A stretch of DNA of 64,000 bases, taken from assembly GCA_003971905.1 (NCBI GenBank), contig RSEE01000067.1, forward strand, positions 62,001-126,000, in the 5' to 3' direction. This document shows positions 24,365 to 37,200 of the stretch, piece after piece. Origin of the DNA: Moniliella sp. 'wahieum'. Taxonomy: Eukaryota. A program made the position numbers and the translations under genes. Positions within the stretch are counted from its first letter, which is position 1, and each line of letters starts with the position of its first letter. The notes below the pieces were generated by a model. It was not told the DNA's origin. It saw only the letters and a list, made by a program, of their open reading frames with translations, and did not search any database.

Positions 24365-27300
24365 ATGGCGGCAATGCTCCAGGCAGGCGACGGCCCGGGC
24401 ATCCCTCGCCTCGTCAGCGTTTTCTTCGCCATCTTCCACCCTCAGCACGGCCCCATCGTCCTGTACGATGTGCCCGAGGGCAGCGTCGCTGGCCAGTCCA
24501 GCCCGGAGCCTGGCCCGGCTCAACGCCCGATGCCGCAAACCGACACCACACCTTCGTGCTCCACTCGCCCCCCTCGGCCGCCCGCCCACCTGCGAGACTT
24601 GCGTCATACCCGATTTGACCCTGCTTCCAAGGGCGTTGACCGTGTCTCGAGTATCCTTCTCCCATATCCGGCTCCGGGCCACCCACCACCCCGTGTCGGG
24701 ACGCATGCCCGAGTAGCACCTCCCCAGCAGTATCTCGCAGCGATCGTGTCTCGATGATCCTGACTTGAGTTCTCTGTCGCTCAATGATACACCCGCCCCT
24801 ACCTTGGTCAATCTCAACTCGGGGCGAGCGGCATCACGATCCGTGCCGCGGAGGGTTCGCACAGTGCAAATATATGCCCTCCTCACCGCAGGAAGAGACG
24901 GGATCAAGAAGAACAAAGCGCCTTGACACCACCGACTTCCCTCGGCAACTGTTTCTGGGAGATGACGCTTCCTTCTCACCCGCCCCTCCAGTGGCATCTC
25001 CACAGATATTTGACTTCAAGAAGGTGGATCATCTCCTGATCCCTCCCCCAACCATGTGCGGTCGCTTGCTCATCTGTTCTGTCCCTGCCCTACGTCCTTA
25101 GTTTGGAAGGGCATCCCCAAAAGGAGAAGTCACATCACCATACGAAGGAACAATCTTCATTTGAGGCAACTTCGTCTTCTCCCTCGTCATCCCAATCGTC
25201 ATATTTTTCCCGTGGACCGACAGGGTACAAAATCGTTTCGCATCCCGTTGCCTTGCAGCACGAAAAGTATGAACGGATGAACTTGGTGTACAACTTGGTT
25301 TTGTCTTTGAAGAGGGAGCAAACACAATGGCGTACGAGAGCGTGGTGCGGAAATGCGCTCGATCTCTGCGCGACCTCGAACTTTCTTCGGGGTTTCTAAG
25401 CCAACCCCACAACTTGCGTCGTATGCACAATGTCTGCGAACAGCTCTACGAAGATCTCAACTCGTATTGCGAGTCCTTCATCTTTACCCATTGAGCCGCA
25501 TACCAACTTTCGTCATTCCGATCCCATCACCCCTAGGCTTGCAGTCAATCCCCTCAAGTGGCCGAGAGCATTATGCGCCGGAACCACCTCTCCCCTCCTC
25601 GCCAGAAAAGAAAGTTCTTCTCCCTGACTGGGATAGGGCAAACAAGGTCGAGGATGAGCTGGAAGCCAAAGTACAATCGCTTGGAGACTCAGACGAGGGG
25701 AAACGGCTACAGCAATACCTGTCCAATTTGTCCCAAGCAGCTGCAGGTCCCATGACCAAAGAAGTCCTAGATCAAGATCCCAGTCTTCCTGGCCCCACTT
25801 TATTTTCGCCTGTATCTCAGGGGCTGCTCCCCAAGCGTCGCGAGCCTCCTCATGGGCTCGGTCGGACCGTGCAAGATGCTATCAATGTCAAACTTTTCCC
25901 CACGTACCCCAACCCCCCCGAGGCTCACGATTGGGATGTGCCAGTTGCCCTGCTCAACTTAACCGAACGCATCACCGGAGATTGGGACCTCACTATGACC
26001 AAGGTACGTTTGTTTTCCCTTCCTTCGTGTGCCTAGGTACACACTAGTTGCAGAACTGATATGCTTTGCCGTTTGACCAGGTTGTGCCCTTCATCGACGG
26101 GGTCCGACATGTGCGTCGTATCGCACAGTTAGCTGACGCCGATTTGGATCTCACGCGACAGTGCATGGAGCACCTTTTATTCTATGGCTGTATACCATGA
26201 ACGACATGTTCCAGTACTCCAACGTCTACACTATTCGTCCACTCCTGGCCCGAGAGGGAGGTACTGCGGCCTTGTTTACCGAGTGTGGCCAGTACGTTAC
26301 ACGCCCTCGGTTCCCTATAGTGGGGCATGCCAAGCTGCTTCAACTATTTGCTGCGTTCACCCCAACCAAAACGGTGGGGGAATGGTGTGCAGAGACAAAC
26401 GCCGACGAGTTGGGGATTGACCCACGGCGGTTTGTCTCGTTTGGGACTCTTAAAGGCTTACTCCGTCGCATGCACCGCATCCCCATTCTCACATCTCCTC
26501 ACCTTCAAAAAATGGACCTTGTCGCCCGAGAGCAAGGACCCATCTGTAAACCCCGCAACTGAGAGCCCAGGGAAAATGGGACGGATGTGACACTGACGGT
26601 AACGAAACTACTTGCAAGGCTATTTCGTCCATTTCTGGAGCACCTTCTCACCCTCAGCCGTGGTGGAACTCTGCTGAGAGTGGGGGCATTCCAGTTGTTC
26701 CGTTGGCACCCACTGACAGGGGTCGTTCCCGTCGTCTGCGGCCTGGTGAGCGGGATCTCCAACTGATCCGTGAAGAAAGTTGGGCTTCGGGATCCCCTGT
26801 CAGCCCCACTACTGTCCAATCTGGCCGTGAAGAAAGCCGTCGTCACCTTGCACGATCCCACCGTCGGCGCCCTATGGCCAACACGGTTGCGATGCAGCCT
26901 TGCTGGCCCTCCAATCATCGGGACCGACCCCAGAATTGCCACAGGCAGAAAGTGGACGGGACGGTTCGTTTGACATTGATTCTCCCGGACTCATGATGTG
27001 CATGATGGGCCCGAGGAACATGATGGAGGAGATGTGGAGCGGGAACATTCTGGCCGCGCAGGCTATGAAGCAGCTTCGCGCCCCAGTGTTGGTTCCAGCA
27101 CACCCCTCACCCCAGGCCCCTAGGTTTCCAATCCTCCTCGTTCTTAGGGAGTGGTGGATTGGATAGCAGAAAGGGCAACAAAAGCACCAGTTCATTTTCT
27201 CATATTCCCAGTATACCAAGCTCTACCCGTTTGGGCCCGCCTCAATGGGGGCAGGGCCCCGGGCATGGTCCCGCCCGGTCCCTCCTAACTTGCTAACATT

Positions 27301-27520
27301 TTTCGATGGTGCCCACACGGACGATGCGATCTGTACCCAGTTTGCTGCTCCTGGATTGATGTGGCAGGCTGGATCGAGACGATCAACCATGCGTCGTCCA
27401 TCGCCGAATCTACATTACTGGGGCCCGCCAGGGCACAGCCTTCGAAGAAGGGGCCGTCCCTCCCAGCTCATCCTTTACCACCCCTGGCCCCACTTCATTC
27501 AACATACCTCATCAAAATGA
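24365..27520 (+). CDS. NPR2: Nitrogen permease regulator 2 (NPRL2, GATOR1/SEACIT subunit) with long low-complexity inserts; intron about 26003-26080; frameshifted; end approximate
   Basis: SVFFAIFHPQHGP.VLY.VP, IVSHPV.L...KYER, INVKLFP, WDLTM.KVVPFIDGV.HVRRIA.LADAD, DMFQYSNVY, IDPRRFVSFG. Confidence 0.9.
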
Positions 27521-27686
27521 GCCCCAAGTCGGCCATACCCGACCCCACACGGGGCAGCTGTCAAGATCATTATCATGTAGGGCAGCGTGCACCTTACTAC
27601 TCTTTCATCTGTTTATTCAATTGTGGGACGATGTAATCAAGAATTAATCAAGTGTCTCGTACTCCATCCGCACCGTAAGAGCCACA

Positions 27687-28653
27687 TCACGAATCCTTCT
27701 TCTCAACCTGGGCGGCTTCAATCTCCTTGAGACGTGCGACCAGTTTGTCACCCCACAGTCCCTTGCCCAATACCTTGCTACGCTGCTTGAGCATATGGCC
27801 GTACATCACAGCCAGACCTAGGTTAATGATGTAAGAGGTCAGTGTTGGGGCTCAGAGGAGGGGTTAAGGTACTCACCAGGAAGCCAGATGATGGCCAGGC
27901 CGAGGTAAGCGTACGCCCGCACATCCCAACTAGCCGCTGGGTTAAACCACGGCAGCGTGTAGATCATGCAAGCGGCCTCAGAACCGGCGCCAAGGGGGTA
28001 GAGGGGGTAGGAGTAGAAGTGGTATACCGTGCCCACAGAAGCTGCCACGACGGCTCGCTGTTTGCAGAGCCTTCTACCAAGAGCTGCTCGGCGTAGAAGG
28101 CGTAGCGGATCGTCTCGGTGACCGACCAAGCAAAAATCATAGTCGAATAGAGAAGGCGACGTGGCCGCCGAGGGGAACAAGTACGCAACCCCCCACACCG
28201 ACCACAGGCGCGAACCAACTTGCACAATCGTGGTCGGCACCGGCGACCGAACAAAGCCCAAGAGAGCATGAACAATCTCGAGAACGGCAAGGGTCTGCGT
28301 CGCGGCAACAAAGTCACCCATGTAGCCGTGAACGTTGCGCATGTGCCAGAGCAGCACAGCCAGCTGGGGGTTGGAGGTGCCGTCCCATTCGAACGGGACG
28401 AGGTTCTTGGGCTCAGCCTTAGTGATCTGCATGACCCATTGGGTACATACGAGTGCACTGTGCTGGGAACAGCCCTCTGGGGGCCCATAAGCAGGAACTT
28501 GAAGAGGTGGCGAAGGTGACGCCCCAGAGGAAGAAGCAAAGCGTGTTGTATGCGAACAAGTACCAACGAACGATGGGATGGGTGGGCTTGCGCGCTTCTT
28601 CTGTCCAGGAACGGGACGGCGGGAGGCACGACGGCAGGAGCAGGAGCTGACAT
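27687..28653 (-). CDS. PHS1: Very-long-chain 3-hydroxyacyl-CoA dehydratase (PTPLA/HACD); intron about 27819-27876; frameshifted
   Basis: QTLAVLEIVHALLGFVRSPVPTTIVQVGSRL, AWSVTETIRYAFY, LYPLGAGSE, MYGHMLKQR. Confidence 0.9.
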
Positions 28654-29284
28654 GGTGGTCAAGGCCGGAGAGCAAGTCGTGGTTGGTGCCGAGTGGAGAA
28701 GAAGAGACCCAACGGCGGGGCGGGCGCTGATTGATCGTCGGCTGGCTCCTTTCTTCCCAACCCCTGGGCCTGATGGTTTGACGTGTCCACTTGGTTGGGT
28801 GCATATTGCACGCGCTCGGGCCCGGAACAATTCCGCCCCACTGCATTCGCCTGCCATATTGCATCACGCCAAGCCTCCCCGCCGCCGAGCAGCAGCAATG
28901 GCCAGCGCATCCCACATCTCGCTGCAGAACTCGCACATAGTTGAGCCAAGTTTGCGATGCGCCGGACCATCGCGATGATGGGAGGACGGGGTTGGTCGTG
29001 CACGGGCTGTGACCACGCATCTCCGCCAATGCATGTTTACCAGTTCTACTGATTGTTGCTTGGCTTGATCCCCATTCCTGGCCCTCATCGATATGCTCTT
29101 CCAGACGGGCGGGTCAACATGCTCGACCCATATCAGATGGGACGATCCATAACTACCGATACGCCATAGCCAAGGCGCCTTTCTTGTTTTCAGCGCTGGA
29201 CACCTTCCCTATCTTGTAGCCAGAACTGAATGTATGAAGCAATTCTCATGGATTCCTACGTGCTCTTCTTGTTCTTGCACGCAC

Positions 29285-30398
29285 TCAGGCAGTGAGCTTC
29301 TTGGTCAGCTCAGGCACAGCATCGTACAAGTCGGCAACGAGGCCCACGTCGGCGATCTGGAAGATGGGCGCATCGGGGTCCTTGTTGATGGCAACAATCG
29401 TCTTCGAGTCCTTCATGCCTGCCAAGTGCTGGATGGCACCCGAGATACCCACCGCAACGTACAACTCAGGTGCCACAATCTTACCCGTCTGGCCGACCTG
29501 CAGCGTTGTCGGCAAAGCCCGAGTCCACCGCCGCACGCGACGCACCGACGGCGGCACCCAGAGCGTCAGCCAACGGCTCCATGTACTCCTTGAACGACTC
29601 GGCCGACTTGAGCGCACGACCGCCCGAGACAACGCGCGAAGCCGAGTCGAGCTCCGGACGCTCCGACTTAGCCAACGACTCCTCCACAAACTTCGTCCTC
29701 CTCGCCGACCGGGGCCGAGGTCTTCTCCACCGAAGCCGAGCCCCCTCAAGGGACGCAGCGTCAAACGCGGTGCCGCGCACAGTCACCACCTTGATCTTGT
29801 CGCTCGACTTGACCGTCTCAAGAGCGTACCGGCGTAGATGGGACGGACAAAGGTGTCATCGGACTCGATCGAGAGAATGTCGGACACTTGGGCACTGTCG
29901 AGCAGCGCAGCCCGCGAGGGATCACGTCCCGACCCACTGCACTGGGCCGGCAAGGAGGTGGTGTAGCCACCCTTGGTCGCCACATCCTGCAGCACGGGGG
30001 CCAGAGGCTCTGCGAGCTGGTGGGCAAGCTTGTCATCGCCGACGTAAAGGACCTTGGAGAGACCGGTCACCCTAAAGCACGCGGGAGGAGGGAAACATGA
30101 AGGTCAGAGTTGGAGATACGGGGGGGGAGGGGGGTAGACATTGCCGAGAGACTTACTTGGCCGCCTCATTGGCCACCTTCTCCGCCTCCGCCGGGGAACC
30201 GACGACGATGCCGTGCACCTCGCGCCGAGTTCTGAGCAGCGGTGACTGCTGAGAGGGATGCACGGTTGATCGCGCCAGCACGGTGCTCGACGAAGAGAGA
30301 GGGCGTCCAGGGCGGGGCGGAGGAGGCGAAGCCACGCGCGGGCGAGAGGGCGGGGGCACGAAGGGCAGCACGGCAGAGAGAGCAGCGCGAGCGAACAT
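29285..30398 (-). CDS. AIM45: Electron transfer flavoprotein alpha subunit, mitochondrial; intron about 30072-30155; frameshifted
   Basis: Arg-rich presequence [65 protein letters not shown]. Confidence 0.95.
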
Positions 30399-31192
30399 GG
30401 CGAAGGCAGGTGGTTGGTGGGAAGGGAAGGGAGCGTGCGATTGGCCTTGGCTTCCAGCGTCGGGCGGCCGGCAAGGAGCTGCCAGGTTCAAGCTTCAACT
30501 GAAGCTTCAGCTTGATCGATCCCACTGTGTGGCGTCCGTACTCACGCTGCGCGCCCATCCGCCCGCCATGGCTTCCGCCGTGGCCCGGGTGCAGCACACA
30601 GCCCCGTGCTCCGCCGCCCAGCCTTCTCCGGGACCCGGGCCGGAGTGAGGCGATGGCCCGAAGATGGCCGATTCCAATTCATTTTGGCCACGTCTGCTCC
30701 GGCGCAACCGGTTTCCCCCAACCGGCACCCGGAGGCCAGCCGGTGACCGGAGCCGGTTTGTCTCCGTCCACCACAAGTCTGTACTACGCGTGGACCAAAA
30801 GCCAATCTGTCCTCCTACTGCCGTGCCAATTCCGTGGTTGATCGCACACTGCTATGGCATGCTGCTGTGTGGTCAGACTTATACTTACTTCTTAGGTCTT
30901 AAAACAGTGCCACCATAAGGAGGAAAGAGGGGGGACGATGACTCCTGCCTGGTTGGGAAACAGCAACAGGGGGGAGCATGGAGCAGCATCGAAGAGGCAG
31001 TGAACCCACACCCATATATGACAGTGGCGCGGACACAGAACACGACCTATCATCAGGATGCAAAGCGCTTTTGCGATATGTATGGGGAAGGGCAGAGGAG
31101 GGTGCAGGCGTGAAGCTCGAAGAGACAAGGGAAACCTGGGAAACCGGTAAAATGTGGCACACACGCCTTGGTCGAGAACTTAAAGTGAGTGG

Positions 31193-33111
31193 TCAAGCCG
31201 AGTCGAGTGTGCCAAATTGAGTTCCCTCAATTTTCTTTTCGGCCAAGTCGGCGCCCTCTTCCGAAGGTGTGTTATGCCACCGGGCAGACTCGCCCAGCCC
31301 GTCCACATCGTTTCGGGGGCCTGGCCACGGCGTGCACGCATCTCTTTGTTGAATGCGGCCGACTTGAGTGTGGTCGTTGTCCGTACATCACGTCCACCTC
31401 CTCGAGCGACAGGCCCGCAGTCTCATACACAAAGAAATAGACGAAGACCAAGCCACATAGGGTGGTCGACATCCAGACAAAGAACACCTTAGTCCCGATG
31501 CGCTCAACAATGTAAGGAGTGGAGGAACCGAGGGCGACATTGATCGCCCAATTTGATGCCGAGCACAAGCTCATCCCCTTGGCACGAATGGCCAAGGGGA
31601 AGATTTCGCCACAAACAACCCAGGCGATCGGGCCCCACGTGGGCGCAAAGCCAGCGACGAAGAGACAGACGAAGGCGACCATAGCGTTGCGCGAAGGAAT
31701 GTTGGTCTTCGGCGTCGTGATGGATACGACCGCCACAATCAAGTGACACAGCGCCATCCAAGCCGCTCGGCAATTAGCATACGACGCCGACCTACCTTGT
31801 CGACCAAAAACAGCCCGGGAATCGTGGTGACCACATTGACGATGGCAGGAATCAACGCAAAGACGAAGGGGTCCAAAGAGGGGATTGCCTGTAATCCAAA
31901 TACGGTTCCATAATACATAATGTAGTTGATGCCAGTAAACTGTTGCCAGACTGAACAAAGGAACGAAGACACCAGTAAAGAAAATGTCCAGGTCAGTAAC
32001 TGTGTGGCCATGAAAACAATCGGCCAAATCGCCAGGTCTGTAGTCTCGACATTGGTACTCACATTGGATGAAAATGCCGGTCAATGTGCGCAGCAGGTAC
32101 TTTTTGTTACCCATACGGAAACAGTCGATGTAACCGTGAATACCTGGCGATACCTGGTTTAGCTCCTCCTCCAGGTTTGACTTGATTTCGTTATATTCAA
32201 GGTCGACGGCTTCGCTGTCAGGAGCGAAGGAATACAGTCGTCCGAGCGCTTGGCGTGCCTGAGTGTCCCGGCCGCTGCGGATGAGCCAACGTGGCGACTC
32301 GGGCATGAACAAAAGGCCCACAGAGAGTGCAATAGCCCAAGCAAATTGAACCCCAATGGGAACACGGTACTGAGCCGTCGTGCTATCCGAGTACTTGCTG
32401 CTGCCCAGGTTGACGCCGGACGCGAAGAGACCGATGGTGATCGCCCACTGATAGGCCCCGACGACTGCGCCACGGATCCAGCGCGGTGCTGTTTCGGACT
32501 GGTACGTCGGGATAACGGTAGAGATGATGCCCACACCCAAGCCAGCAACGACGCGTCCTCCGACGAACATGCCAAGGTGCGGCGCGCCAGTTTGGAGGGC
32601 TACACCCAGCACAAAGATGAGGTTGGCAATGTGAACCGCATTTTTTCGGCCCAGGTAATCACCGAAAGGTGCACCAACCAGGGCACCGATAAAGGTCCCC
32701 ACAGAGAGGAGCGAGGTGACCATCGAGGTGGTGGGTGGAGGTAGTCAGACCCAATGAGGTTTGTATACGCGGTTGCCGTCGCTATCGGAGCCATAAGTTC
32801 CCAGTCGCCAAAGTTTCTCAAGAAACTGGGTTGGGCCAGAAGACCTGTGCATATGAACAGCAAACGTTTTTTGGTCAGAGACTCATCGTCCGAGAACAAT
32901 CAGAGAGGCGAGCATTGATCATGTTGACAGATATATATGCAAGCACATGACTCTAGAGGGAACACACGTACCCGAAATGGTGCCAGTGTCGTATCCATAC
33001 AGCAGGCGCCGCCCATGGCAGCAGCTATGCCAATAAGGATGGCAGGCATGGACTGCTGGGACACTCAGGTCGGCAGGTGGAAGCGAGGCCCTCACTGGCG
33101 ATGGCAGGCAT
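31193..33111 (-). CDS. MFS sugar porter (hexose/glucose transporter); introns about 32845-32970 and 31953-32062; frameshifted
   Basis: GG.LYGYDTGTISG, GDYLGRK, YQSETAPRWIRG, PESPRWL, QQFTGINYIMYYG, WGPIAWVVCGEIFPL.IR.KG, ET.GLSLEEVD. Confidence 0.95.
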
Positions 33112-33263
33112 AGGTGGGGCTGTGTTGTGTTTGGTGAGAAGAGAGGAGGGATTCAGGGTAGATTGGAAGAGAGAAGCACACCACGTTGGCAGGAGGGGAG
33201 ACTGTGGAGGAAAGGCGAGGGGGGCAAGACGAAACTTATGGATGGAGGGTGCGGCACAGTAGG

Positions 33264-33271
33264 TTTATATA
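33264..33271 (-). promoter_or_regulatory. TATA box (TATATAAA) of the sugar transporter
   Basis: Exact motif on the minus strand about 155 nt upstream of the ATG, followed by a pyrimidine-rich leader. Confidence 0.5.
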
Positions 33272-33614
33272 CTTCCTGGCAGGCGACAGCATACGCCCAC
33301 CACTCTCATCGCTCCCTCTCCTCCCATTCAATCCATTATGACTGTGAATTGCTCCGATCACAACGTGGAGGTTGGGAAAAGCGGGGGTTGGAGAACAGGG
33401 CCGCCGCAGCGTTCGAGTGGTCCTTCCTTGGGCTCTACCCCTCGGTTCTTCGCACCACCGTCCCACCGTGGCTGGTAGCTTGGGGGCCAGACCAAACCAC
33501 CGCGCATATCACATGGCCCCCACACTTGGCGGGCACGGGGCCAGCGACTGCCGGCGTGGGGCTCTCAGAGTGGCCCCGCGCCGAGTCGCGGACTTGCGGT
33601 GGCGCACAAGCACA

Positions 33615-33656
33615 TGATGCATGATGTGTGACATGCGATGCATGACATGTGAATCA
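33615..33656. repeat. 7-nt-period TGA-N4 array
   Basis: TGA TGCA TGA TGTG TGA CATG CGA TGCA TGA CATG TGA ATCA (6 units in phase). Confidence 0.85.
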
Positions 33657-33957
33657 TACATGGTGCAGAAGGTGACTGAGGACTGCCACACAATGCGAAA
33701 GAGGGCTGTAGCTACATAGTGCGTTGGCCAGCCTAGACTCCAGGTTCCAGGCCCTTCCTGGCCCGCCAGCTCGCAGCCCCCCGCTCTTGTTGTGTTCGAG
33801 CACCGATCGATAATCGAACACACATGTAGAGACAAGTACGCCTGTGGGGCGCCTTAGACATGTATAGTGCCGGCACTGCACAGCTGTTGAGGTTTAGGCG
33901 GTAGTCGATTACCGACCAGTATACCAAGCAAACATAGTATAGCAGCCTTTAAGCTCT

Positions 33958-34020
33958 TTAAGCCTTAGGCCTTACTAGTTACTCCTTAGGCCTTACTCCT
34001 TAGGCCTTAGGCCTTAGGCC
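33958..34020. repeat. 7-nt-period TTA-N4 array (9 units)
   Basis: TTA AGCC TTA GGCC TTA CTAG TTA CTCC TTA GGCC TTA CTCC TTA GGCC TTA GGCC TTA GGCC. Confidence 0.9.
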
Positions 34021-34171
34021 CTATATATCCCTGCTTAGACTTTCTTATTACATACTTTTTTGACCTAGACCTCGGATGAGCATGTGATACACATACCGAG
34101 CTCTCCTCCGTAAGGATGTGGAAGCAGTAGGAGAGGCGCCGAGGCCAATATCAAAACCAGGAGGTATAATT

Positions 34172-34218
34172 TGACGCTTGAAGCTTGAAGCTTGAACGTT
34201 GAATTTGAACTTGAAGCA
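34172..34218. repeat. 7-nt-period TGA-N4 array
   Basis: TGA CGCT TGA AGCT TGA AGCT TGA ACGT TGA ... Confidence 0.85.
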
Positions 34219-37200
34219 TCGAAGTCGAGCCAAAAAGAAAAAGAGGAAAAGAGGCTGCCGGGTGGAAACCGATGACCAATCGTGACCGGGGAAGGTACAG
34301 AAGAGGAGGACATAGAAGGCCCAAGGGCGCTATGGGGGCTACCGATCAAAAAGCGCGCGACGGGAGTGAGACCGTCTTGATCATATGTATGTGTGTGCCT
34401 GGATGATGGGCGTTTTCTTTTCCCTCTGTGGTCAATTTCAATGGCATCGTGCTGCTCGTTTTCCTTTCCCCACACGTACTGCTCTGGAGCCACTATTCAA
34501 TAGACCACATCTGCCACTCATCTCTCCGTTGCCAACATATACTAATCCAGAGCAATAAGATGGCCCGGTCACATGGTCACAAGTAATTCTCTCGCGGGGA
34601 AGATGCGGGGAGATACGACTTGCCCTACTACCCGCCCGTAACCCCTTTCTCGAGCCCATCCTCTGTGTTTTGTCCTAGATAACACTCTCCATAAACCCCT
34701 TTTCTCTCACCTTGCCCCACCTTGCGCTTTAAGGCTATATTCAGGGGAAGGAGTCCGGCTGGCCCTTTTGAGCTCTCCAACAGTGACAGAGACTAAGTGT
34801 CTCATCGGTCGTGCTTAGATCTTAGATTTGAGCCGTTCCACTTCTTCGGTTTGCACTGGATTATGTATCTTCCTCTCCCATTGCATGATGTCATGATGTG
34901 CTCAATTCTCGTAGACTCGTAGTCGGATGCCGTGCAATCGACAATCATTTTAATCATGCATCACGCATCATGCCGTAGATCTTCTACGTATTGAACACCA
35001 GGCACCAGATGGCGGTGATACTGACGCGTGACGCGTGACCATGCATCACCTAGGCGGGCGCTTTGATTCAAGCACCCCGCCACAGGCCGGTATCTTTTCG
35101 GTCTGGCCTTTGCGGGGCAATGCGAAACACCCCTTGCAGTTCGTGTGGGGTGCGGAAAGACAAGGCAAAACATCATTTATTGCCACAGCACTATATCCCA
35201 CCGTAAACACAGCGCCTTTCGGTGCCTCCTTTTTCCTGATGTCTGAGGGGGTCGGGGTTATCCGGTCATCGATTATCGCGGTGTGTGGGGTTTCCCAATG
35301 TCAAAAAGGCCGTTTCTGCCCTGAGACCTCAGGCACCTCAGGCCTCTCAGATCTCAGCCCCCTCAGGCCTCTCAGCCCCCTCAGGCACAACGAATGTCTG
35401 AGGCATCATTAATCACTGGCCCCAAGATGCATGATGCATTGAAAATGCACCGGCCTACTGATCGATGGCCGAGTAGGAGAAACCCAGGTCTGAATACAAA
35501 TGTCGTCTCCCCTCCTCGACCTCCTCCGCCGGCCTCGCATTTCCATACTATTGCGATAGGCGTTTTCGGACCAAAGTAGACACCGGCCGGTGACGCGATG
35601 CGCATGTCTCGAGACGATGTTTTTTGCAGCGCTTGCTTCCCCACACCTCTTGTGGCCGCGACAATCCCAGGCACATGTCCACAGTTCTCCGGCGCTCCCC
35701 CGCACGCTGTCAAACGTTAACGCCGCACACGATGCTCTCCAACCCACATGTTCTTCCAGGTGTTGGACTAGGGAGCCGGACGGGCAGAAGGATGAGGCTC
35801 ATCCCTGAGGGCCTGAGGCGGCCTGAGGCCTGAGGAGAGAAGGTGATGAATTAGAGCCAGAGTTGGGTTTGTAGGTGCAGAGGCATCTATTTAGGAGGCC
35901 GGACTAGGCACAGGACCAGTGAGGCACACAGGAGGCAACGCAGGGCTTAGGGGCAGTGTCATGGTGGGACGATACCAGCAGTGTTGCTGATGGAACCGAG
36001 GCGAGCCTGGTCTACCTGTTGGGAGCCGGAGGATCACAGTCAACACCCGGAGTCGAACAACTCGAGGAAGAGTACTATTATATGAAGGAAAATAGGAGCT
36101 TCCCGTACAACGTACCTCATATGGCATTCACTGAATGACACACTTCACGGCATAAAAATCATCTCCTCTCAGCGGTGTTATGGACGAGAAGGAGAGCATA
36201 TACGAACCCTGCGGAGCCTACAAGTTTCCCTCTTGTCTCTTTTGCTTGTGGGTTGTGTTTTTTCAAGACCAGGGGGGGGGGGGGCTTGTCCCATCACAAA
36301 ACACAATATATCCAACTTTACTTCGAAAGGAGCATGTTCTCCCTTTCCTATTTGTGGGCAACCTGCCGATCGAATCCCTTCCCCTCGGCCGAGATCCTTT
36401 CTTTGTTGGTCTCCGTTACGTTCTGAAGGTTTAGTCGAGTTCTTCCAATGATATCAGGGCATTTGTTCTATCCTGTTTCGTGTTTTGCGTCTCCATTCCA
36501 TTCAACTCTCTGTTAATATAAAGAGATTGCAAAGCTTGAAGTCGTCGGTGGTTCCTCGCTCGGATGTCAACCACGTTCCTCCGTGTCCACACGCGCTTCC
36601 TAGGGTACGGGACCGGATGGCAAGAACCGGAGGGTCCTGATATCCTGGCGATCCCACTGGTTGCTTGACCTTAGTGGCGCCCCCAAAAGTAACCCCCGCA
36701 AGATGAACGGTTAGGTGTAGACGCAGCGTTCCCCCTGTCCCAGCCTTAAGCACTGACGTGATCTAAGGACTGCAGGTACAGTTTGATCTTGTTCAATCGG
36801 GCGCAATATTACAAATGGAACCTTTTGCCACACGCGAGCCAAAGCCCTGATGTGGATTTCACTTCGACACTATAGCGCCGATCTGATCCATCACCAGTAA
36901 GTTTTTAGTATCGGTATGAAATGAGTGGTCTCTTCTCCTTCAAAGAATGCACACTCCTAACTTGTACGCCGGGCGCCACCGTCCTCGTTGCGTGCCTACT
37001 ACAAATGGGAAACGCTGTTTTCACCATGGGCTGGTCCATTCGCGAGCCTATATCTCACTCAAAAGCGATAGTCATCCGCTGTGACATTTTCGTCGTGTTT
37101 GGCCATGCGTTTTGACACCGCTTTTTGGGAGGGGGATGTTTCGCCATCACGGTTGCGACTCTTCCAAAAGGAGCAGATCAACACAGAGAGGGAGTGCATC

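Noticed and set aside
29285..30398. Mating-type locus (an ETF gene is MAT-linked in some basidiomycetes)
   Set aside because: No pheromone (CAAX) ORF, STE3 receptor or homeodomain gene recognised in the window
33958..35835. CRISPR array or restriction-site polylinker (many 6-bp palindromes such as AAGCTT, ATCGAT, AGGCCT, ACTAGT)
   Set aside because: Eukaryotic context, no repeat-spacer structure or cas genes, and no vector sequence; the sites are degenerate and dispersed across many intergenic regions
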